Source: Octopus sinensis
Lineage: Eukaryota
Assembly (NCBI RefSeq): GCF_006345805.1
Contig: NC_043005.1
Location: 30,566,001-30,630,000 of the forward strand
Direction: 5' to 3'
Length of the DNA stretch: 64,000 nucleotides
In this document: positions 1 through 12,593 of the stretch, one piece after another
Layout: every line of letters begins with the position of its first letter
Position numbering within the stretch: the first letter of the stretch is position 1
Program-made: the position numbers and the translations under genes
The notes under the pieces: generated by a model
What the model saw: only the letters and a program-made list of their open reading frames with translations
The model's database searches: none
What the model was told of the DNA's origin: nothing

Positions 1-119
1 CAGGGTCCAATTTATATTTCTGGTGAATTTTGGTGATTAAGCAAGGTGAACAAATGCGCAGGGGATTCCCTGTTTGTCCCTGGAATGAAAATTGTCTAAA
101 TGAACAGAATGGAACTTAC

Positions 120-205
120 TTCACCAATATTCTTGTTTTTCAGTGATTTCACAGACAGCACCTTTTTGAAGAAGAGAGAATTGAGGGCCACTTTGATAGA
201 CATTC
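120..205 (-). CDS. ABCC5: ABCC5-like exon, intracellular loop 1 (absent from the ORF track)
   Basis: ttgttttcaag|GA ... GGTGAA|gtaagt, 86 nt, phase 1 to 0. (G)MSIKVALNSLFFKKVLSVKSLKNKNIGE resembles ABCC5 'GVRLRGA...FKKILKLKNIKEKSLGE'. The gene continues past position 1. Confidence 0.9.
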
Positions 206-669
206 CTTGAAAACAACAAACAAGAAATTAATAAATAAATGATAAAGTATTTTGAAAAACAGATTATTATTATATGGCAACAAATATCTAGTAAAAATAT
301 AATTTTAAAAATTCATGGCAAATAGTAAATAGGAAAATGATAAAATAGACAAAAATTCGTGTTTATTGAAATTTAATCATCATCATCATCATCATCATTT
401 TAATACTAACTTTTCCATGCTTGCATTGATTGGATGGAATTTATTGAAACAGATAAGCAGATTTTTATGCCTGGATGCTCTTCCAGTCAGCAACCCTCAC
501 CTGTTTTCAAGTAAAGTAATATTCCCCCACCCCACCCCATGACCAGATATGTTCTTGCAAAATGTCAGAAATGAATGTCATTGCTTGTATGACAGTTGCA
601 ATCATTTTACAACTATCACACTCACATATACCTACATACATATATTCATGCACACACACACACACGCAC

Positions 670-825
670 AGGCTTCTTTCAGTTTCTGCTAAAACCAAAT
701 CCACTTACAAGGCTTTGGTTGGCCTTGGGCTATATCAGAAACCATTTGCCCAAGGTGCTATGCTGTCGGACTGAACCTAAAACCAGGCGATCCAGAAGCA
801 ACCTTCTTACCACATAGCTGCACCT
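670..825 (-). mobile_element. SINE family A, 5' fragment
   Basis: Reverse complement of the head seen at 24227 and 45687; diverged. Confidence 0.7.
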
Positions 826-1415
826 TTGATAGAAATGATTATGTAATTGAAAAAACTGTCTTTGAGCCAATATTCTTATATCATGTCCCTGATGTCAGGA
901 TTGAATAGTTGCAGACCCCCCATTATTGAATAAGAGACTAATCTTGCAGACATCATTCGGCAACTCACTTACAATTACACATTACTCAAGCTTTCCATCA
1001 AAAGTTGTTTTTAATCTAGATGTTGTTATCAGCAAACTCAAATTCACTTTTACGATTCTATGAGGATTTATTTTAACAATCCTTACAATGTTATGCTGCC
1101 TTTCATACTTGCTCCATTCATTATCAAAATTACTGTATGACAAGACAGAAGCCCTGTTGCTATCATTAATAAAAACATTGCTGATGCAATAGACATGGCT
1201 CATACCATTCTACAGTTTATTTCCATCATTGGTGTAAACATGGTCCTTGCATGATCTAATTGGGAGAGAGTAATTAGATGTGTTAATTGAACATGAACTG
1301 TTAGAGATTCTATTATCCACATTGTTACACATACCTGCCTAGCCTAAGTTATTAGGAATGTCATGGTTACCTATTTTATTTGTTAATATATTCCTCATAT
1401 AATTATCATTAATAG

Positions 1416-1759
1416 TGGAGGCGCAATGGCCCAGTGGATAGGGCAGTGGGCTCACAGTCATAGGATCACAGTTGTGAGTGTTTATTGAGCGAAAACACCT
1501 AAAAGCCCCACGAGACTCCAGCAGGGGTTGGTGGCGAGCCCTGCTGTACTCTTTCACAACTTTCTCTCGCTCTTTCTTCCTGTTTCTGTTGTACCTCTAT
1601 TTCAAAGGGCCACCCTTGTCACATTCCTTGAAAACAACAAACGAGAACTTCGTTAAGGGTGCACATGTCTGTGGAGTGCTCAGCCACTTGCACGTTAATT
1701 TCACGAGCAGGCTGTTCCATTGATCAGATCAACTTGAACCCTCATCGCCATAACCAACA
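1416..1759 (+). mobile_element. tRNA-derived SINE family C with 11-bp TSD
   Basis: A-box-like TGGCCCAGTGG head. ATCATTAATAG is duplicated at 1405-1415 and 1760-1770. Confidence 0.8.
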
Positions 1760-1799
1760 ATCATTAATAGCATATCATACTATACTTATATTGACTTAA

Positions 1800-1990
1800 A
1801 ATTTTGGCACAAGGCCAGCAATTTCAGAGTATGGGGTAAGTTGATTAGATTGATTCCAGTGCATAACTGGTACTCACTTTATCAACCCTGAAAAGATGAA
1901 AGGCAAAGTCAACCTTGGTAGAGTTTAAACACAGAACATAAAGACAGATGAAAAGCTGCTAAGAATTTTGTCCAGTACACAAACGGTTTT
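1800..1990 (-). mobile_element. SINE family G (Nin/Deu-like core), diverged
   Basis: Core GATGAAAGGCAAAGTC shared with copies at about 12255-12390, 18480-18682 and 36735-36857 (minus) and 56125-56290 (plus). Confidence 0.7.
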
Positions 1991-2456
1991 CTTTGAAAAT
2001 TAAAACTTGGTGAAAATACATCACTTGCCTATCATTCAGTTTATTTTGGCATTAAATGTGCTGTCATTTCTTTTATGAAAACAGAGTGATTATATATATA
2101 CACTCATACATATATGCAGATTTTTGGGATCCTACCAATTTTGAACAGTCTCAAGTGTAACAGACTGAAACTGTAATGATGGTTGGAAGCTTCACTGATG
2201 AATAGAAAGCCACAAATGTTCCATCCTGGTTTTCCTGTCTGTCTTTGTATCATCCATTTATCTGTATGATTTTATTGTCGTCCGTTATGTTCTTGTTCCG
2301 TTTTATGGATTTATATATATATATAGACATACATGTATATACACAATGTGCAAGATATTTGAGGACAAATTTATGCTTAGAAAAAAAACATTTATAACAA
2401 CAGATAATAACTTTATAATCAAAAAGTGTTATAAGGATAAAAATATACCTTCATTT

Positions 2457-3385
2457 CATCATCATCATCATCATCATTTAAAGTTTGCTCTCCGTGCTGG
2501 CATGGGTTAGACTGTTTGACTGCAGCTAATGAGGCAGAGAGTTGCACCACATTCCAGTCTGATTTGGCATGGTTTCTATAGCTGGATGCCCTTCCTAATG
2601 CCAACCACTCCAGGAGTGTAATGGGTGCTTTTATGTGCCACTGGTATGGGTGCCATTTACATGACACCAGCAATGACCATAGCTATGATTCATGGGTGGG
2701 TGCTATTTACAAGGCACCAGCATTGACCCTAATGATTCATGGGTGCCATTTGCATGGCACTGGCAATGACCATGACCAACGACCACAATTCCCAAAATGC
2801 TAATTTATCAATGACCACAACTATGATGCACATGTATCATTTACATGATACTGGCAATGACCACAACTACAATTTCACTCGACCCGATGGCTCTTCTCCC
2901 ACACAGCATATAACTAGAGCTCTCAGTCACTTGTTGTCACCTCTGTGAAGCCAAATGTTCAAAGATCATGCTTCACCACCTCATCCCATGTCTTCTTGGA
3001 TCTGCCTCTTCCACAGGTTCCTTCCACAGTTAGAGATTAACACTCCTTCACATTGCTGTCCTCATCCATATGTGTCACATGACCAATGTAGTTGTCTCTC
3101 TTGCACACCACAACTGATGCCTCTTATGCCTAGCTTTTCTCTCAAGACACTTATGCTCTGTCATATAAGCACTGAAATTGCACATCCAGCAAAGCATATC
3201 GTCTTGATTTCTTTCAAGCCTTCGCATGTCCTCGGCAGTTACAGCCCATGTTTCACTGTCATGTAGCATAGCTGTTCACACACAGGCATCATACAGTTTA
3301 CCTTTCACTCTGAGGGAGAGACCCATTGTTACTAACAGAGGTAGGAGCACTCTGAACTTTGCCCAATCTATTCTTATTCTTATTC
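2457..3385 (-). mobile_element. RTE-clade LINE 3' fragment
   Basis: ORF remnant MLHDSETWAVTAEDMRRLERN, shared 3' UTR and (GAT)n tail. Confidence 0.85.
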
Positions 3386-3427
3386 AGTCACCTAAATAGC
3401 AGAATCAGTATTCTGTACATCTTCGGT

Positions 3428-4192
3428 ATGAAGAAGTGTCACACCCTAACAGTGGAGGGAACCTGTGGAAGAGGTAGACCCAGGAAGACATGGGATGAGG
3501 TGGTGAAGCATGACCTTTGAACATTGGGCATCACAGAGACAATGACAAGTTACTGAGACCTTTGGAGATATGCTGTGTTTGAGAGAGCCTGGCAAACCAA
3601 GTGAGACCATAGCCAATGCTAGTGTCGCATAATTGGCCCATTTAAAAGTACCCTTCAATCATCAGGCAATTATGCCAAGTTTGTGAAGACCTGTTGAATC
3701 AAATGAAGTCGTAGTCATAGCCAAAGCTAGTACCACCTGACTAGCACCCATGCCAGTGACATGTAGAAAGCACCATTCAAGAGTGGTCGATGCCAGTGCT
3801 GCCTGGCTGGAACATGTGCCAGGGGCACGTAAAAGACATCATTCAAGTGTGACCACTGCCAGTGCTGCTTGACTGGCACCCGTGCTGCTTGACTGGCACC
3901 CGTGCTGCTTGACTGGTACTTGTGCCGGTGGCATGTGAAAAGCACCATTTGAGCATGGTCAATGCCAGTGCTACCTGACTGGCTCCCATGCCAGTGGCAA
4001 ATAAAAAGCACCCGCTACACTCTCAGAGTGGTTGGTATTAGGAAGGGCATCCAGCTGTAGAAACATTGCCAGATCAGATTGGAACCTGATGCAGCATCCC
4101 AACTTGCCAGTCCTAACTCAAACCTTCCAATCCATGCCAGCATGGAAAGCAGATGTTAAATGATGATGATGATGATGATGATGATGGTGATG
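3428..4192 (+). mobile_element. RTE-clade LINE 3' fragment
   Basis: GRGRPRKTWDEVV remnant, tandemly repeated 3' UTR, (GAT)n tail at about 4160-4192. Confidence 0.85.
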
Positions 4193-4280
4193 CACCTTCC
4201 ACACATGTAAACTATTTTCCCTGTTAACTTTCCTCTAATATTGCTGCACCTCTTATGCGTCCATAGCTCACACTGGATTT

Positions 4281-4580
4281 CATCATCATCATCATCATCA
4301 TCATCGTCGTTTAACATCTGCTTTCCATGCTAGCATGGGTTGGACAATTTGACTGAGGTCTGGCGAACCAGATGGCTGCACCAGGCTCCAATCTGATCTG
4401 GCAGAGTTTCTACAGCTGGATGCCCTTCTTAACGCCAACCACTCCGAGAGTGTAGTGGGTGCTTTTATGTGCCACCGACATGAGGGCCAGTCAGGCAGTA
4501 CTGGCAACGGCCACGTGCAAATGGTGCTTTTTATGTGCCTCCTGCACAAGAGCCAGTCCAGTGGCACTGGCAACAACCAT
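4281..4580 (-). mobile_element. RTE LINE 3' UTR fragment
   Basis: (CAT)n followed by the same UTR as 9277 and 26793. Confidence 0.8.
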
Positions 4581-4680
4581 GTATATCTATACATATAAAT
4601 GTCTAAATATATATATGTATTATGTTACATGCATGCATGTAAATACCTATGTGTATTTGATGATAAGGTTGCATACATAA

Positions 4681-4721
<41 letters not shown>

Positions 4722-5042
4722 AGTGTGGATATGTGTGTATGTTTGAGTACATACATATGTGTGTGTGTGTGAGTATGTAGATGTGAATGCAGGAGGTTTA
4801 TGTCTATGTATTGAGAATATGGTTGTGTGTATATTTTTACATATATTTTTTATATTTTATATCTTTTTTCTTTTCCACCTATTAGAATTACTTACTTCAT
4901 ATTTAATGGTTTTTCATAGCATCTGCTGCCAAGAATGTATCGTAGCTTTTCACTCTGACATTTGAAACTCCAAGTACTATAATGACAACTTTTTACTGTT
5001 TGTTCTAAATTATAACACACACACACGCATATATATATATAT

Positions 5043-5277
5043 ATATAAATTAGAAAAAAACACACCTTTTATCAAATTATACCATCTAGAAAATTACATA
5101 TTATCGATTATACCAAATATATACGTTTTATTTAATATTTTGCACATTACTTAATCCATCGTTATATGTTTTATCTTATATTTAATCTTTCTATGATAAG
5201 TAATTTTCTAGATGGTATAATTTAATTTTTCATTATTGAATTGATAAAAGGTGGGTTTTTTTTTCTAATTTATATAT
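5043..5277. repeat. AT-rich inverted repeat between microsatellites
   Basis: 5043-5096 (…CCTTTTATCAA…ATACCATCTAGAAAATTAC) is mirrored, with an insertion, at 5200-5277. Confidence 0.7.
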
Positions 5278-5350
5278 TATATTTTGTGAAATTTGATTTA
5301 GTATTTCTAAATTGAATTTTTCCCTGTAAATTTGGAATAATATTCCCTCA

Positions 5351-5440
<90 letters not shown>

Positions 5441-5461
5441 GTGTGTGTGTCTGTGTGTGTG

Positions 5462-5595
5462 TGTAAATGTAAAAAAATACAAACTGGGACAAGAACGTGA
5501 AACATTTAGAAGACGATACAAAAAACACGGATGGGACATTCGAAGCCTTCAATCTTCAGTCAAGAACCGGATCATCTTCACAATTTCGGCTGATT
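5462..5595. repeat. Dispersed ~130-bp repeat, second copy at 59578-59706
   Basis: Near-identical AAATACAAACTGGGACAAGAACGTGAA…CGGATCATCTTC; both copies follow (TG)n. Confidence 0.8.
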
Positions 5596-5602
5596 AATAT
5601 AT

Positions 5603-5944
5603 AAGGGTAAAGACCCCCTTCGGTCATGAATGACCATGGGATTGCACCTAGAAAGTTATCCTCCTAGACACAAGTCCGGGCAAGGTTGTTTATGGAAGGC
5701 CAGCAGTCGCCCATGCATACCAGCCTCCCCTCTCCACGCCACCAGTGTTATCCAAGGGAAAGACAAAGGTCGATACAGCTTGGCACCAGTGACGTCGCAG
5801 CTCATTTCTACAGCTGAGTGAACTGGAGCAACGTGAAATAAAGTGCCTTGCTCGAGAACACAACACGCAGCCCGGTCCGGGATTCGAGCTCACAACCTCA
5901 CGATCGTAAGCTCGACGCTCTAACCACTGAGCCATGCGCCTTCA

Positions 5945-5945
<1 letters not shown>
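5603..5945 (-). mobile_element. tRNA-derived SINE family B, apparently young
   Basis: A box TGGCTCAGTGG, B box GAGCTCGAATCCC, CpGs intact. A related head lies at about 40248-40435 (minus). Confidence 0.85.
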
Positions 5946-5946
<1 letters not shown>

Positions 5947-5988
<42 letters not shown>

Positions 5989-5995
5989 GACAGAC

Positions 5996-6045
<50 letters not shown>

Positions 6046-6119
6046 CTAGATAGATAGTTATGTAGGTATGTAGCTAGGTAGGTAGGTAGGTAGGTAGGTA
6101 GGTGGATAGATAGATAGAC

Positions 6120-6193
<74 letters not shown>

Positions 6194-6410
6194 GCAGACA
6201 GGCAGACAGACAGACAGGCAGGCAGGCAGACAGACAGACAGACAGACAGATAGATAGATAGGTAGATAGGTAGATAGATAGATAGTCAGACAGCTAGAAT
6301 AGATAACCAAACAGATATACGGATAGATAGCAAGCTACAGATGTAGATAGACAAACAGACGACAGGCAGTCAAGCAAGCAGACAGACAGATAGACAGGCA
6401 GACAGATAAA
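5947..6410. repeat. Compound (TA)n/(GATA)n/(GGTA)n/(GACA)n microsatellite
   Basis: Directly visible; ends just short of the exon donor at 6426. Confidence 0.95.
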
Positions 6411-6426
6411 TCAAAAGTTTCCTCAC

Positions 6427-6574
6427 CTGCCTGATAATTGACTAACCACATGAGTACAAAAAATACTAGACGCAATATTTCAGCAACAAAAATGCTGGCA
6501 GCCAGAATTATTCCATACTTGTAGTTATTTCTGTCGTTTTTTAGAAAATCCAGTGTCAGTGGAACCAAATAAAA
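6427..6574 (-). CDS. ABCC5: ABCC5-like exon, TM2
   Basis: ttttcag|TTT ... GCAG|gtgagg, 148 nt, phase 0 to 1. FYLVPLTLDFLKNDRNNYKYGIILAASIFVAEILRLVFFVLMWLVNYQA(G) resembles ABCC5 'EIVRS...W-LNYRTG'. Confidence 0.92.
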
Positions 6575-8935
6575 CTGAAAATTTTTATGAAGAAACAATT
6601 AAATCAAGAAAATATGAGAAGAAATTTATTTTATTAGGATTAATTCATGTTAGAGAAGTAAGGTATCTTTGGAAGTGCAGAACGTAAACATTTACATGTG
6701 CTTGCACAGACACACACACACACACACATCATTAAGGGGATCTTAGGGCAGTTCAAACAAGTGAACAACCAATATATCTGTAAGAAGTATAATTTCCACT
6801 GAAAGATTAAATGTAGGATAAATTTTTAAAAGGGGAGTGTTTTATTGCATTATATACAACATAATTGTAAATAATTGCTGATAAGTAAATTTGATTGTGA
6901 CGGGTATGATAACGATCACAAAATTATTGTCTGTGATAATAGGGCTTTGATTTCTGTGTGAAAAATATTGAATGAGAAATGGTGAAATGTTTCTGCAAAT
7001 CTACAAATGAATCTACAGGAATATACTTGCATATACTTACACACAGCTTTAGACAGCAACCAATGATTCTTTTCTATAGAATGTTGCATTCATTTTTGTT
7101 TTAGGTAACATTTCAATATTTTTTTAGCAACATTTCATGAAGCCAAAATTGAACACCTTTTATCATTAACAACACTTTTATGTTGATGATCAGACTTGTA
7201 AGTCAAGTTTATTTACCAGCAAGTAAAGAATATAATTTTTCTATTCTGTGATTATGATACTATAAAGCCACTCTTATTGATTCATTATGTTTTACGTTTT
7301 TCGGGTCCAGTTATATTTTCTCCATTGGTGACCTCAACTGGACCTGAAGAGTTACACTTTTGTTATGAAACTTCATGTACTAATCTAATATTTTCAAGAT
7401 ATGTTTAAAAAAATCGTTCATATTAGCACTGGAAGTTTCTTTATTACTACAACAGCACCACAACTGGCATTTTCTTTACCAGCAATAATGATAGCACCTT
7501 CATGGTAGCAATAACAATAGCACCTAGAATAAACAAGCTATGCACAACACTGAACACTGCAGTAAAAGTACATTCAACCAATCAGATGATAAATATACAG
7601 CCAACAGTCTCAACAATTCTGGCAGTTGCTCAATAGACGAAGCATTGAAACCTTCTTCACTTTAATACAAAATATTTTGTAACAATATTTACTTTTACGC
7701 TCTAAACATTTGTTCTTCACTACTTACATGAACCTATTCCAATTATTATTCATTTTGTAAACAGTACAATGTAGGAAGGAACTTGTAGCAAATATTTTTT
7801 TGAAAATGGGGAAACTATATTTGTTGATTGTCAACAAAGTGAACAAGCATCCACAGATTTAACCAAAGACTGAATTAACTCAGTTAATTCTTCTCAAGTC
7901 ATGATTAGAGTAATGCTATATCAACTGGCATGCACGGTTAATGATTGTAGCTTACATAGAAACAGCCAGGGCAGAGCAGCCATTTCCAACTGCCAACAGC
8001 CTGCAGAATAACTGCAGTAGCAGCTGATATTGTACCAGTAGTACTAGCAATAAAACTAGTCTGACATTGTCACACAGTTAACTGCTGAACAGTAAGTTGG
8101 GCACCTCTCAAAGTTATGCAGCATAGCATCAACAGATAACTTTTTGCAGCCAGCAGTTTTGACAGTCAAAACCAAAAAGCAGCTGACAATTTGCAACCAT
8201 TGTGGCTAAGCAGCCATCACAGTTTTATACATTTTGACATTCATTACATAAGTAAAACAATACAAAACATTGTACAATGAGAACAATAATATATTATTTT
8301 CCAGCATGTTTTCACAGAAAGCAAGTGGTAACAGTATTTATGTGTGTGTAAATATATATATATATGCCTTTTATACCTACACTGAAAACACACACACATA
8401 AATGTATATATATTAGCACATCCAACCTAACTTGATGTGTTGTTTATATTGTTACAGACTGCTGCAAACATCCCCAAAAATCAGTTTTTGTAGATAACAA
8501 ATGCTAAAAAAGCAGCAGAGTTCTGTTCTGAATTGATGAAATCCATCAGCCCAGCAGCAGATGGCTCTACCACATCATAACATTTCAGGTCATTGTGAAA
8601 ATATAAATTCAACCAAAAGACAAAACAATAAAATAATAAAATGATTTTATTGCATTACAGTCACAGATTGAGAAGTGTATACACTCCTCTCTACTTGTAG
8701 GAAAGTCAATTTGATGGTGACGTGTTAAGAACAGCAAGATAAAATTGTTTTTAACAATATATTCGCTACAGTTTGTGTATCACAAAATACTACTAAAAAA
8801 ACCCCAGTAAAATGAACCAAAAAAACAGAAATAAACATTTTACAAAAATTGATCATTTTGTAGATATACCTTGAGTGTGTGTGTGGGGAGATGTAGTTGG
8901 GTGGCACATATATGCAAATTAGTCTACATTTAGAA

Positions 8936-8978
<43 letters not shown>

Positions 8979-9044
8979 TATATTATATATGTATGTGTGT
9001 GAGTGTGTGTGTGCATGTATGTATGTATATATATGTGTATGTGT

Positions 9045-10885
9045 CATCATCATCATCATCATTGTTTAATGTCCATTTTCCATACTGGGGTCTCGGAAGC
9101 CAGGAGGCTGCACCAGATTCTAGTCTGATCTGGCTGTGTTTCTACAGCTGGATGCCCTTTCTAACGCCAACCACTCCAAGAGTGTAGTGGGTGCTTTTTC
9201 ACATGCCACCAGCACAGGGACCAAAGGGGGCTGGCATCCATCACAATCGGATGGTGCTTTTTACATACCACATACACATCATCATCATCATCATCGTTTA
9301 ATGTCCGCTTTCCTTGCTAGCATGGGTTGGACGATTTTGACTGAGGGCTGGCAAACCAGATGGCTGCACCAGACTCCAATCTTGATCTGGCGGAGTTTCT
9401 ACAGCTGGATGCCCTTCCTAATGCCAACCACTCCAAGAGTGTAGTGGGTGCTTTTTATGTGCCACCGGCCCTGGGGCCGGTCAGGCGGTACTGGCAATGA
9501 CCTCACTCGAATCTTTTTACACGTGCCACCGGCACAGGTGCCAGTGAAGTAACGTTGATAACGATCACACTCAAATGGTGCCCTTTTACGTGCCATAGGT
9601 ACGGAAGCCAGTTGGCTACTCTAGCAACGATCATGCTTGGATGGTGCTCTTGGCACCCTACTAGCACAGGAATAAATGCCAGTAAGGCAACGCTGGTAAC
9701 GATCATACTCGAATAGCCGTTCTGTCAACGATCACACTTGTATGGTGCTTTTTGCACCCTGCTAGCACGGATGCCAGTCATTGAATTGGTTTTTGATTTT
9801 GATTTCACTTGCCTCAACAGGTCTTTGCAAGCAAAGTTTAGTGACCAAAGAAGGAAAAGGTACGCATAAGCGGGCTAGCTACGCTCATGGCATAGGCCAC
9901 AGGTTATGGTCTCATTTGGCTTGCCGGGTCTTCTCAAGCCAGCATATTTCCAAAAGTCTCGGTCGCTAGTCATTTCCTTGGTGAGGCCTAATGTTCGAAG
10001 GTCGTGTTTCACCACTTCATCCCAGGTCTTCCTGGGTCTACCTCTTCCACAGGTTCCCTCACTGCTAGAGTGTGGAACTTTTTTACGCAGCTATCCTCAT
10101 CCATTCTTGCCACATGATCATACCAGTGCAGTCTTCTCTCTTGCACACCACATCTGATGCTTCTTAGGTCCAACTTTTCTCTCAAGGTACTTACACTCTG
10201 TCGAGTATGCACACTGACATTACACATCCATCGGATCATACTGGCTTCATTCCTTGCAAGCTTACGCATGTCCTCAGCAGTCACAGCCCATGTTTCACTG
10301 CTGTGTAGCATGGCTGTTCGTACACAAGTGTCATACAGTCTACCTTTTACTCTGAGCAAGAGGCCCTTTGTCACCAGCAGAGGTAAGAGCTCTCGGAACT
10401 TTGCCCAGGCTATTCTTATTCTAGCAGCTACACTTTCAGTGCACCAACCCCCAGTACTGACTTGGTCATCTAGGTGACGGAAGCTATCAACTACTTCTAG
10501 TTTTTCTCCCTGGAATGTGGTGGAAGTTGTTCTCTGTGCATTTTCAGTGTTTATCGCTCCCAAACATCTGCCACATACAAAAACTATCTTCCCAGTTTAT
10601 GTATATACATCATCATAATCACTGTCATCATCATTTAACATCCGCTCTCCAAGCTGGCATGGATTAGACAGTTTGACTGGAGCTGATGAGCCAGAGAACC
10701 GCACCAGGTTCCAGTCTGTTTTGGCATAGTTTCTAATGCTGAATGTGCTTCCTAATGCCAATCACTCCAAGAGTGTAATTGGTACTTTTACATGCCAGCA
10801 GCACATAAAGTAAACAGGGGCCATTTACTTGACACCAGCCATGATCATGACTGATTCACAAATGGGTGCCATTAACATAACACTG
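9045..10885 (-). mobile_element. Three tandem RTE LINE 3' fragments (9045-9270, 9277-10597, 10608-10885)
   Basis: Three (CAT)n tails. ORF 10009-10563 (EVVDSFRHL…RIRIAWAKFRELLPLL…SETWAV) is the RTE RT C-terminal region. Confidence 0.88.
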
Positions 10886-11044
10886 GCAACAACCACACAC
10901 ACACACACACACATATATATATAAATGTGTGTGTCTCTCCCTCTCTATCTCTGTTTCATTCCACTCCATCATCACACACAACACATTCCTACGTAAAATA
11001 AAAACATGTCCATAAGAAATAATCCAAAATCTCTTTATACGTAC

Positions 11045-11189
11045 TGGAGTGAGCATCTTGAATACCAAACTGATGATAAACAGCACCGTTCCTAGAATTA
11101 ATTTGTTGCAGTTATACTGTCTGACAACACGAACCAATGAAGCTTTGTCTCCTCTCTCCTTATATTCCTTGTTCCACATTTCTTCAATC
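11045..11189 (-). CDS. ABCC5: ABCC5-like exon, end of L0 and TM1
   Basis: tttatcag|G ... CTCCA|gtacgt, 145 nt, phase 2 to 0. (R)IEEMWNKEYKERGDKASLVRVVRQYNCNKLILGTVLFIISLVFKMLTP resembles ABCC5 'RLERLWQEE...ASLRRVV...LIL...GP'. Confidence 0.92.
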
Positions 11190-12434
11190 CTGATAAATAG
11201 TAACAAAGAAAGAATAATCAAAACTAATATTTATAGATGAGATGTTGCTGAAGTGGAGGATGTGTGTGTGCGCGCGTGTGCGTGTGTGTTTGTGTGTGTG
11301 TATGGGTGGGGGGTGTCTGTGTGTGTGTGTGTCTGGATGTTTGTTTTTCTTGTGTTATTTTTCAAATTTCCTACCAATGGAGAAAGATCTGGTTTCTAGT
11401 CTAGAAGTAGGAATTATTCATTGGAATTTAGACAACATCAGACAGGATAGACTTATATATACGTACGTATGTATGTATAAACTGACATATATATACGTAT
11501 GTATGTAGGTTGGCCTGCATACATATATACATGATGTCTGTATGTATTTATGTATGATACATAATGGATGCAAACATATGTATGTGCACTTGCAAATGGC
11601 CACAGGCATGGATATCACTGCATATAGGAAACTGATTACATGCTGAGTGGCTTGTGTGTGTCTATGTATGCATGTGTTTATGTATGTGTCAGCATGCAAG
11701 TCAGTGGTGTGTGTGTATGTAGACAACATTAGAAAAAATATATATTATGCTAAGCTAATTCATTTCTTCACTTTTCAGAAAGATAAATAAATCCAGTAGA
11801 TGTAAGTGCCATCAGCCAGGATTTAAAGCCACTCCCTGAAAAAAAAAGCCCTGTACCCTTGACTTTTGAGAAAACCCATCCCCCATCCTGGAATCACAGA
11901 GTAGTTTTGTTGTGCCTTGTTGAATTTATCTCAAATGTTCTGGCTAGACAAAGAAAATACAGACTAAATATCATCATCACTATCATCAACATTTGATGCC
12001 CATTTTCCATGCTGGCATGGGTTGGAAGACTTAACAGGAACTGGCAAGGTCAGAGGCCACTCCAGGTTCCATAATTCGTTTTGGCTTGGTTTCTTCCTAA
12101 TGCCAACCACTCCACAGAGGAAGTGCACTGGGTGCTTTTTATGTTGCATCATCACCAATGTGCAACATTTATCTCATTCTTTCTAACGATTGTAGTTGTA
12201 TCAGTAGAAAGGCTGGCTCTATATAACTTCTATGTGCTGCATTTTATAGAATATATATAATCATTGACCCAGATGGATGGAAAGCAAAACTGACCTTGGC
12301 AGTATTTGAACTGAGAACATAAAGAGTTGGAAGAAATGCTGTTTGGCATTTTGTCTGGTGCACTGACGATTCTACCAGATCACTGCCTTTAGTGCTTATA
12401 AGAGTGTCTTGGAATAATAATTGGAATAACATAC

Positions 12435-12593
12435 CTCTCCACATTATACTGGGTAGATTCTGGTTCTGAACATTGCCACCAATCGACATTTTCACCACCT
12501 TTTTTGTAAACTTCAAAGATTTTTTTAGTCATCCAAGAAAGTGAGATGAAAGAGAAAAAGCCAACATCATAGAATGGAATCCTGTTGTTTTGC
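12435..12593 (-). CDS. ABCC5: ABCC5-like exon, lasso/L0 region
   Basis: ttttaccag|G ... GAGAG|gtatgt, 159 nt, phase 2 to 2. QNNRIPFYDVGFFSFISLSWMTKKIFEVYKKGGENVDWWQCSEPESTQYNVE(R) matches the ABCC 'P-D-AG-FS---FSW' lasso motif. Confidence 0.9.

Noticed and set aside
850-1330. ORF 982-1203 as an extra exon
   Set aside because: No ABCC similarity, and the flanking exons already join in frame; probably old LINE debris.
3730-4015. Regularly spaced repeats resembling a CRISPR array (also 9440-9780)
   Set aside because: Degenerate tandem units in the RTE 3' UTR; no unique spacers or cas genes; eukaryotic context.
5530-5565. CUGAAGA…CUUCGAAUGUC hammerhead-like motif (minus)
   Set aside because: Lacks GAAA and a separate stem III.
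5870-5945. tRNA gene candidates here and at 25200-25350, 24227 and 45687
   Set aside because: SINE heads: no acceptor stem and continuous with repeat bodies.
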